A stretch of DNA of 64,000 nucleotides. Source: Gemmatimonadales bacterium. Its GTDB lineage: Bacteria; Gemmatimonadota; Gemmatimonadetes; Gemmatimonadales; GWC2-71-9. The notes under the pieces were generated by a model. The model saw only the letters and a list, made by a program, of their open reading frames with translations. It made no database searches and had not been told where the DNA came from. Position numbers and translations under genes: made by a program. Below, piece after piece: positions 56,753 through 64,000 of this stretch. The stretch spans positions 1 to 64,000 of the forward strand of contig JBFGJG010000002.1 of NCBI GenBank assembly GCA_041577295.1. The letters are read 5' to 3'. Every line of letters begins with the position of its first letter. The first letter of the stretch is position 1.

Positions 56753-58843
56753 TCACTTTCCGTTACTTTCCTCCTTCTCCCGGTCCTCGACGATCTTGTG
56801 CGCCACATCAGGCGGAACCTCTTGATAACTCGAAAACTCCCAATGATACGTCCCACGCCCATGCGTCATCGAGTGCAATTGCGTTGAGTACCGGTGCATC
56901 TCGGCCTCGGGAACAAATGCTTTGACTTTTGTGAGTCGGCCATCCGGTTCGGTGCCGAGAATCTGGCCGCGACGTGACGAAAGATCGCCCATCACTTCGC
57001 CCAGATTGTCGTCAGGCGTCCAGATCTCCACCACCAATATTGGCTCTAGAATGACCGGCCTGGCCTTGGGTGCGACGTTCCGGAAAGCAAGAATTCCCGC
57101 CATCTTGAAAGACTGCTCACTGCTGTCGACATCGTGGTACGAGCCGTCATAACACTCGACCTTGAAATCGACCACCGGAAATCCTCCGACGATCCCACGA
57201 CCTGCCGCCTCCTGAACACCCCGATCGACTGCGGGCACGTACTTACCGGGAATGACTCCACCCGTGATCTTGTCGACAAACTCATACCCGGTTCCGCTCG
57301 GCAGTGGAGTAATCCGAATCCAACAGTCGCCGTACTGCCCTCGCCCGCCAGTCTGCTTCTTGTGCTTGCCCTGGCCCTCGGCCTTCCCCCTAAACGTTTC
57401 TTTGTACGCGACTCGCGGCGTGATGAGTTCGGCATGCACGCCAAACTTTCGTTCCAAACGGCTAATGATGACCTCGAGATGTCGTTCGCCACGACCGGAG
57501 ATGATCGTCTGCCGAAGCTCGGGACGGTACTCGTGCCGAAAGGTGGGATCCTCCTCGTGCAGCTTGTGCAGCCCCAGTGAGAGCTTCTCTTCGTCACCTC
57601 GCTGCTTTACCGTCACCGCCATCCGGGTCAACGCCTCCGGGAACGGAATGGACGGGAGCAATAGGGGCTTCCCCTGCGTAGACAACGTATCGTTCGTGTG
57701 GGTGTCCTTGAGTTTGGCAACCGCGGCGATGTCGCCAACGTGCAGCATCGGGATTTCCGTCCGGTCCTTTCCTTGAACGACGGACAGATGATTCAGTTTC
57801 TCAGTAGATCCGCGGCGACCGTTGAACACCTCCGCACCATTGGCGATGCTGCCTCCATGAATACGGAAGAACGTCACGTCACCAACGTGAGGCTCGGACA
57901 CCGTCTTGAACACGCGCGCGACGAAGGGAGCCTCGTTTTTTGGCGCCACCTCGACGGTAGATCCGTCCGGCTGCGACGCGGTCACTGGGGGTAGCTCCGT
58001 CGGCGCCGGCACCAACTCGACCAACTTCGTGAGCAGGGCCCGCATACCGTACGTCAGCGTTGACGATCCGCAAAACAGCGGGAAGAGATCCCCGCTGGCC
58101 ATTCCGGCTTTCATTGCGCTCACCGCTTCGTCACGTGAGATCTCTTCCCCGCCGAGATAGCGCTCGAGCAGGTCGTCGTTGGTCGTGGCAATCGTTTCGA
58201 TGAGCTCCTGAGAATACTGCTCGAATCGGGCCTCATACTCCGCCGGCACATCCACTTCGTCATACTCGCCGTTCTTCGTACCCTTCCGGTACATGTGGCA
58301 CTTCTTCGAGAAGAGGTTGACGATCCCGTGAAATTCCGGTCCTTCGCCCACAGGGATCTCGACCGGGATCACCTTCGCCGTCAGATGCTCCTTGATGTCT
58401 TGAAAGACCTTCTCGAAGTCCGCATGCTCTTTGTCCAACATCGACACGAAGAAAAGGCGCGGGATGCCACGTGCCTCGGCGTACTCCCACACCTTTTCCG
58501 TACCTACCTCAACACCGGCCGTGGCACCCACCACCACCAGCGCTGCGTCGGCGGCATAGACGCCGGCGAGCGCATCCCCGGTGAAGTCGAGATATCCCGG
58601 CGTGTCGATCAGATTCACCTTGGTATCCATCCACTCGGCATGTGCGACGGCCAGGTTGATGGAGTATTGGCGTGAGATCTCTTCTTGGGTGTAATCGGTG
58701 AGGGAGGTTCCGTCCTGGACGGATCCGTGTCGCTTGCAGCTGCCGGCCACGAACGCGAGTGCGTCAACAAGGCTCGTCTTCCCGCTCGCGCCGTGGCCAA
58801 CTACCGCGACATTCCGAATCGCGTCTCCCGTATAAACGCGCAC
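56753..58843 (-). CDS. fusA: Elongation factor G paralog (EF-G2 type)
   Basis: GHGASGKT, DTPGY, KQTGGRGQYG, DGSYHDVDSS; AGGAGG RBS; divergent G2/G4 motifs. Confidence 0.93.
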   Translation of the reverse strand: MRVYTGDAIRNVAVVGHGASGKTSLVDALAFVAGSCKRHGSVQDGTSLTDYTQEEISRQYSINLAVAHAEWMDTKVNLIDTPGYLDFTGDALAGVYAADAALVVVGATAGVEVGTEKVWEYAEARGIPRLFFVSMLDKEHADFEKVFQDIKEHLTAKVIPVEIPVGEGPEFHGIVNLFSKKCHMYRKGTKNGEYDEVDVPAEYEARFEQYSQELIETIATTNDDLLERYLGGEEISRDEAVSAMKAGMASGDLFPLFCGSSTLTYGMRALLTKLVELVPAPTELPPVTASQPDGSTVEVAPKNEAPFVARVFKTVSEPHVGDVTFFRIHGGSIANGAEVFNGRRGSTEKLNHLSVVQGKDRTEIPMLHVGDIAAVAKLKDTHTNDTLSTQGKPLLLPSIPFPEALTRMAVTVKQRGDEEKLSLGLHKLHEEDPTFRHEYRPELRQTIISGRGERHLEVIISRLERKFGVHAELITPRVAYKETFRGKAEGQGKHKKQTGGRGQYGDCWIRITPLPSGTGYEFVDKITGGVIPGKYVPAVDRGVQEAAGRGIVGGFPVVDFKVECYDGSYHDVDSSEQSFKMAGILAFRNVAPKARPVILEPILVVEIWTPDDNLGEVMGDLSSRRGQILGTEPDGRLTKVKAFVPEAEMHRYSTQLHSMTHGRGTYHWEFSSYQEVPPDVAHKIVEDREKEESNGK

Positions 58844-58875
58844 GCGCACCACCTCCTGTTTCAAGGGGGATCGGG

Positions 58876-58905
58876 AAAATGCTCCAACGAAAGGCGGACT
58901 GTCAA
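58876..58905 (-). promoter_or_regulatory. Sigma70-type promoter of the EF-G paralog
   Basis: Minus strand TTGACA-N18-CATTTT. Confidence 0.45.
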
Positions 58906-59155
58906 ATGCGTCGCGAAGCCCAGGGCGGGGCAGCCATTCCCGGGCCAGGCCTCTGGGGATATCGATGTCGCGACACTGAACGAACATCCGTTCTGGAGGC
59001 TTCCCTATTCATTTATCTACCGGGCTGATTGTACCCTTGCGGAAGGGGTCGGCCGGAGCGGTCCGCCGTCTTGACGGGAGGCTCCGTGGGGTGACATCTC
59101 TCTCCCGGGCCGGCCCATGCACGAAAGCTAAGACCTGCACCAGACGAGGTTTGCC

Positions 59156-60739
59156 TTGCCCAGCGGCTACGACGCAATCGTGATTGGAGGTGGACACAAC
59201 GGCCTGGTGGCGGCGGCATACCTTGCGCGAGCGGGCTGGCGTGTCGTGGTGCTGGAGCGCCGGGAGCGGGTCGGAGGGGCAGCGATCACGGAGGAGGTTT
59301 TCCCGGAATTCAAGTTTTCAGTTTTTTCCTACGTAGTGAGCCTCCTTCGCCCGGAGATCGTTCGCGACCTCGACCTCCCAAGTCACGGGTTGCACATCCT
59401 GCCCCTCGAAAGCACGCTCACGCCCCTTCCCGACAACGGTTACCTCGCGTCTTGGGCCGACCCGGATCAAACCCGTCGCGAGTTGTTCCGGCATTCCCCA
59501 CGAGACGTGGAGGCGATGGAAGAGTTTGGTCGCCTTATGCACCACATGGCCTTCGCGGTCAAACCGATCCTCAGCATGGTTCCGCCTGACCCCACCTCGC
59601 TCAGCCCGCGAGATCTCCGTGGATTGTTGCGCCTAGGGCAGCACTTCTCCGGCCTTGGCGAGGAGAAGTTCTACGCGCTGTTCAAGTTGATGACCATGAG
59701 CTCCGCCGACTATCTCGATGAGTGGTTTGAGTGCGAGCCGCTCAAGGCAACCAAGTCAGCCAGCGGCATCATCGGGACCTTTCTCGGACCGCGCTCCCCT
59801 GGTACCGCCTACGTGCTGCTACACCACTACATGGGTGAAATCGACGGTGCGTTTCGCGCATGGGGGTTCGCCAAGGGTGGGACCGGTAGCGTGAGCGAAT
59901 CCATCGCCTCTGCGGCGCGCGGCTTTGGTGCCGAAGTGCGAACCAACGCTGGGGTAGTCAGCGTGGTCGGAAAGGGAGGGAAGACCGCCGGCGTTGTTCT
60001 CGACGATGGGTCGGAGATCGCTGGCGACGTCGTCATCTCGAGCCTCGACCCGCGACGCACGTTCCTGGAGCTCGTTGACCCAAACGAACTTCCCACCGAT
60101 CTCGTGAACAGCGTCAAGCGAATGAAGTTCCGTGGCTCATCCGCGAAGGTGAACCTCGCGTTGAGCGAGCTCCCCAACTTCACTTGTCTTCCCGGAGTTG
60201 GCCCACATCACCGCGGCGCCATTTCGATCAGCCCGAGTGTAGAGTACCTGGAACGGGCGTACGACGACGCCAAGTATGGGGAGTTCTCACGCCGCCCGTA
60301 CCTCGACATGGTGATTCCGTCGATGATCGACCCCGCAATGGCACCCGCCGGAAAGCACGTGATGTCGATCTTTGTGCAATACGCTCCGTACGCGCTCAAT
60401 GGGGGATGGACGGATGAGCGACGTGAGGATTTGGGAGATGCCGTGATCGACACGGTGTCCACATTCGCCCCGAACTTGAAGTCTGCCATCATGCACCGTC
60501 AGGTTCTCACCCCCCTGGATATCGAACGCATCACGGGCCTATCCGAAGGCAACATCTTCCAGGGTGAGCTGTCGCTGCACCAACTCTTCTTTCTGCGACC
60601 GGCGGCCGGTTGGGCGAACTACCGAACGCCGCTGCGGGGGTATTACCAGTGCGGTTCCGGCACCCATCCTGGAGGTGGTGTGATGGGGGCATCTGGCCGT
60701 CTGGCCGCGATGGCTGTGCTTCAGGATCGTAGGCGATGA
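59156..60739 (+). CDS. Phytoene-desaturase-family (PYROXD2/CrtO-like) FAD oxidoreductase, A
   Basis: IGGGHNGL, GGA, ERAYDDAKYG, APAGKH, CGSGTHPGGGV. Confidence 0.9.
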   Translation: MPSGYDAIVIGGGHNGLVAAAYLARAGWRVVVLERRERVGGAAITEEVFPEFKFSVFSYVVSLLRPEIVRDLDLPSHGLHILPLESTLTPLPDNGYLASWADPDQTRRELFRHSPRDVEAMEEFGRLMHHMAFAVKPILSMVPPDPTSLSPRDLRGLLRLGQHFSGLGEEKFYALFKLMTMSSADYLDEWFECEPLKATKSASGIIGTFLGPRSPGTAYVLLHHYMGEIDGAFRAWGFAKGGTGSVSESIASAARGFGAEVRTNAGVVSVVGKGGKTAGVVLDDGSEIAGDVVISSLDPRRTFLELVDPNELPTDLVNSVKRMKFRGSSAKVNLALSELPNFTCLPGVGPHHRGAISISPSVEYLERAYDDAKYGEFSRRPYLDMVIPSMIDPAMAPAGKHVMSIFVQYAPYALNGGWTDERREDLGDAVIDTVSTFAPNLKSAIMHRQVLTPLDIERITGLSEGNIFQGELSLHQLFFLRPAAGWANYRTPLRGYYQCGSGTHPGGGVMGASGRLAAMAVLQDRRR

Positions 60740-62331
60740 CCGATCGCGCGTGGGACGTGATCGTCATCGGGGCGACCCTCGAAGGACTCGCCGCAGCAGG
60801 ATACTTGGTCAAGGCAGGACTCCGCACGCTTGTGCTCGACGACGCCTCCGAGCCCGGTGGCGAGGCACGCACGATGGAAATCGCTCCAGGATTTCGCATC
60901 GACGCCGCATCGCACGATGACTTGATATCACCGTTTCTGGCGCGTGATCTCAACCTGTCACGACACGGCCTTGCGTTCGTCCGTCCCAATCCGGCAATGG
61001 CGGCGCTGTCTCACGATGCGCCCCCGCTGCTCATGTGGCGGGACCAGGATCGCGCGATCGAAGCCATCCGCCAGTTGTCAGCTCGCGATGCAGAGCGCTG
61101 GCCATCGTTTGCAGCGCAGATGCATCGGTTCAGCGTGTTCCTCGAGCACCTCTACCGAGCACCACCCCCACAACCCATCACCTCTTCCACCCGGGACATG
61201 CTAGCGCTCGCCCCACACGCATGGCGACTTCGCCGACTCGGCAAAGAAGACATGGTGACGTTGATGCGGGCCCTCCCCATGTCCGTGGCGGAGCTCCTCG
61301 ACGACTGGTTCGAATCGGACTTGCTCAAGGGAACGCTCGGGGCACTCGGTGTAAACCATTTCACCCAGGGTCCGCGCTCGGGAGGGACTGCATTTCTCTT
61401 ACTGCACCACATGGTCGGTGCCGAGCCGGGCCTTCCCCGACCACGTGGGTTACTTCGTGGCGGGCCCGCGGCTGCTGCACGTGCGCTCACGCAATCCGTC
61501 ACGGAAGCGGGTGGTTCTCTGCGGCACACGACCACGGTCAAAGCCATCCTCGCGGTGGATGATAGAGTCACCGGGGTAGCCACGGAATCTGGAGACACGA
61601 TTCATAGCCGGATTATCGTCTCGGCAGCTAGCCCTCAACACACCTTCCTCACCCTGGTGGACCCCGTACTGCTCGACCCGGAGTTCTTGGGAGCGGTGCG
61701 CACGATCCGAAGCCGTGGCGCCTGGGCAAAGGTGAATCTCGCCGTCGACGCATTACCCCAATTCACCGGACTGGGAAACGGAGGCGAGCATGGCTTTCGA
61801 GGCCTCATCTCGATCGGACCAAGTCTGGACTATCTCGAGCGTGCCTACGACGACGCCAAATACGGTCGGATGTCGCAGAGGCCACACCTCACGGTCACGA
61901 TTCCTTCGATCGCCGACCCCGGTCTCGCCCCTGCCGGAAAGCACGTAGTATCCATCACTATGCAGTATGCGCCGTATGACCTGCGTGGGGATTCGTGGGA
62001 GGATGCTGCCCGGGACCGGCTCGGGGATCATGTGCTTGGCACGCTGGCCGAGTTTGCGCCCGAGCTTCGAGACTCCGTGGTCGCCCGACAAGTTCTTACA
62101 CCCAAGGACCTCGAGAACGGATTCGGTTCTCCAGAGGGAAACCTCTACCATACCGAGATGGCGCTCGATCAAATTCTCTTCATGCGACCCGTCCCAGGTT
62201 GGGCAGATTACCGGACCCCCATCGGTGGCCTTTACCTCTGTGGACCCGCTACGCACCCCGGCGGTGGGCTGGTGGGCTATTCCGCACGCAACGTGGCGCG
62301 GACCATACTAAGGGACCTGAAGACCCGATGA
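60736..62331 (+). CDS. Phytoene-desaturase-family FAD oxidoreductase, B (degenerate Rossmann motif)
   Basis: Paralog of the upstream gene: IGATLEGL, ERAYDDAKYG, APAGKH, THPGGG. Confidence 0.88.
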   Translation: MTDRAWDVIVIGATLEGLAAAGYLVKAGLRTLVLDDASEPGGEARTMEIAPGFRIDAASHDDLISPFLARDLNLSRHGLAFVRPNPAMAALSHDAPPLLMWRDQDRAIEAIRQLSARDAERWPSFAAQMHRFSVFLEHLYRAPPPQPITSSTRDMLALAPHAWRLRRLGKEDMVTLMRALPMSVAELLDDWFESDLLKGTLGALGVNHFTQGPRSGGTAFLLLHHMVGAEPGLPRPRGLLRGGPAAAARALTQSVTEAGGSLRHTTTVKAILAVDDRVTGVATESGDTIHSRIIVSAASPQHTFLTLVDPVLLDPEFLGAVRTIRSRGAWAKVNLAVDALPQFTGLGNGGEHGFRGLISIGPSLDYLERAYDDAKYGRMSQRPHLTVTIPSIADPGLAPAGKHVVSITMQYAPYDLRGDSWEDAARDRLGDHVLGTLAEFAPELRDSVVARQVLTPKDLENGFGSPEGNLYHTEMALDQILFMRPVPGWADYRTPIGGLYLCGPATHPGGGLVGYSARNVARTILRDLKTR

Positions 62332-63470
62332 CGTTCGTCAAGACCGAACTCACCTACCGTGCCGGATCCATGACCCTTTCCGGCCATTTCTACACGTCCC
62401 ACAACGTGTTCGATATCGAACAACACCAAGTCTTCGCGCACCAGTGGCTGTATGCGGGCCGGGCGGCAGACCTCCAGGCACCTGGAGCGTATCGGCAGGT
62501 CGTAACCGGACGAGATAAGGTGCTGGTTGTCCGAGGGTCTGACGAAGCCGTCCGCGCGTTCCACAACGTGTGTCGACACCGAGGAACACTGCTCTGCCGC
62601 GAGGAGCGTGGCCAGCTGCCGTCGACGATTCAATGCCCGTATCACGCCTGGACGTATGGGCTGGACGGCAATCTCCTCAAGGCGCCGCATATGGAGGATG
62701 TCCCGGGGTTTGACAAGCAGGATTACCCCCTGCGACCGGTGGCACTTGAAAGATGGGCCGGCTTCCTCTTCGTTAATCTCGCGATAGAGCCGGATCCCCT
62801 CTCGGCATGGCTCGCGCCGGTGATCCGGCGGTTTTCCCATCGCTCTCTCGAGGCGTTGCACTCGTTCCGCCGGATCGAATATGACGTCGCAGCTAATTGG
62901 AAGTTGATCTTTCTCAACTTCTCCGAGTGCCTGCACTGTCCGATGATCCATCCGAAGCTCGTCAAGCTCACACCGTACCTGAGCGGCGAGAACGACCTGA
63001 GTGAGGGACCGGTGCTCGGCGGGTTCATGCTGCTCCGTGATGAGGTGGCGAGCATGACGATGAGCGGGAAAATGTGTGGTGCGCTCGTTGGAGCGTTGAG
63101 TGAAGCCGATCAGCGTCGGGTGTACTACTATTCCATCTTCCCAAACATGCTACTCAGTGTTCACCCCGACTACGTCATGGTGCACACATTGAAGCCGCAG
63201 GCGCCTGACCGGACCAGCGTTTCGTGCGAGTGGCTCTTCCATCCGGACTCCAAGCAACTGCCGGCATTCAATCCTGACGACGCTGTGGAATTCTGGGATA
63301 TGACTAACCGGCAGGACTGGGACATATGTCAGCGAAGCCAGGCCGGAATCGCTTCCAGTGGTTACGTGCCCGGTCCGTTCGCCCCCAGAGAGAGTTTGCT
63401 CGCTGCTTGGGACCGCGAGTACCTCCGTCGCTTGGGTGGTCACCTCGAATCATCCCGGAGTCTGCCGTAG
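62328..63470 (+). CDS. Rieske non-heme iron oxygenase alpha subunit (GbcA/choline monooxygenase-like)
   Basis: CRH...CPYH Rieske motif; NWK..., ECLHCPMIHP, QD mononuclear Fe ligands. Confidence 0.92.
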   Translation: MTFVKTELTYRAGSMTLSGHFYTSHNVFDIEQHQVFAHQWLYAGRAADLQAPGAYRQVVTGRDKVLVVRGSDEAVRAFHNVCRHRGTLLCREERGQLPSTIQCPYHAWTYGLDGNLLKAPHMEDVPGFDKQDYPLRPVALERWAGFLFVNLAIEPDPLSAWLAPVIRRFSHRSLEALHSFRRIEYDVAANWKLIFLNFSECLHCPMIHPKLVKLTPYLSGENDLSEGPVLGGFMLLRDEVASMTMSGKMCGALVGALSEADQRRVYYYSIFPNMLLSVHPDYVMVHTLKPQAPDRTSVSCEWLFHPDSKQLPAFNPDDAVEFWDMTNRQDWDICQRSQAGIASSGYVPGPFAPRESLLAAWDREYLRRLGGHLESSRSLP

Positions 63471-64000
63471 GTTCGGAGAACCTGCTTCAGCCGGTCGTGT
63501 GGCAGCGCCCATACCCGGTAGTCATCCACCCCCGTCATCGTTTCAGCTGCGAGCATCGCATTGAGAATGGCCTCCTCGGTCGCTTCGACCGTGGCCTCGA
63601 GGAACGGATTGATCCGTTCGTTCGCCAGCATTTCGACGGCAGCGACGCCCGGAGTACTAAGCGCACCGCGGTTTGCGGTAGAGAAGGCGATGAAGATATC
63701 GCCTGAGGAGTTTCCGCCAATTCCACCGACGCGTGCGATGCCGAGCGCAACGCGCTTGGCCATGCGCTCGAGTTGGTGTGGCAGCAGCGGTGCATCCGTC
63801 GCAACGACCACGATGATCGAGCCCCGCTCTTGATCTCGTGAGGGCATCGGGACCGACATGTCACAACCCGGTTCGTCGCGTAGCCAACGTTGGGTTGGTG
63901 TCTCGCTCCCGGCGATACACGGGCGGAGGTCCGTGATCACCTGCCCCACGGGTGCACCCGCCACCGTCAATTGACGGCGAAGTCCGTAGTTGCACTGCAC
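63440..64000 (-). CDS. DmpA / peptidase S58 family aminopeptidase (C-terminal part, truncated by the window edge)
   Basis: GSIIVVVATDAP autocleavage site, SGDIFIAFST, EATEEAI. Confidence 0.9.
   Translation of the reverse strand: MQCNYGLRRQLTVAGAPVGQVITDLRPCIAGSETPTQRWLRDEPGCDMSVPMPSRDQERGSIIVVVATDAPLLPHQLERMAKRVALGIARVGGIGGNSSGDIFIAFSTANRGALSTPGVAAVEMLANERINPFLEATVEATEEAILNAMLAAETMTGVDDYRVWALPHDRLKQVLRTYGRLRDDSR

Noticed and set aside
58906..59155. Riboswitch or ncRNA in the fusA2-oxidoreductase intergenic region
   Set aside because: Only short GC stems; no consensus I could recognise (an Rfam scan would be decisive)
47369..62331. A single carotenoid cluster (synthase plus the two desaturase-like genes)
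   Set aside because: About 10 kb apart in different transcription units; synthase motifs are squalene-synthase-like and the flavoproteins are coupled to a Rieske enzyme
1..64000. Many long overlapping alternative-frame ORFs; CRISPR arrays; IS elements
   Set aside because: Alternative ORFs are expected in high-GC DNA and show no motifs; no repeat-spacer array or transposase was seen

Overview
A gene-dense, GC-rich bacterial chromosomal segment. The gene content and style suggest Gemmatimonadota, but that is inference only. It holds about 53 CDSs and one tRNA-Asn(GUU); I found no mobile element, CRISPR array or rRNA. Housekeeping and metabolic genes include leuS, serA, a pncA/pncB-like pair, an orphan gyrA, selD, rnhA, a dCMP deaminase, thyA-folA and a second, divergent EF-G. 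Best candidate for an undescribed system: a promoter-driven, translationally coupled 4-gene operon at 52948-56720 (two non-Ddl ATP-grasp ligases, a GNAT acetyltransferase, a lysine 2,3-aminomutase) that could make an acylated beta-lysine peptide. Other observations: (1) selD is a selenoprotein (in-frame UGA plus SECIS-like hairpin) missed by the ORF track; (2) several genes appear to start at CTG, two of them in CTGA stop/start overlaps; (3) a 12-codon mini-ORF bridges two genes through two ATGA overlaps; (4) RNase HI has an apparently migrated catalytic glutamate; (5) a histone-H1-like protein; (6) a squalene synthase paired with a geranylgeranyl-reductase-family gene; (7) a TPR-porin plus TPR-glycoside hydrolase pair without a synthase; (8) a shared ECF-type promoter motif; (9) intergenic heptamer repeats. 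All functional calls come from motif recognition by eye; no database searches were run.
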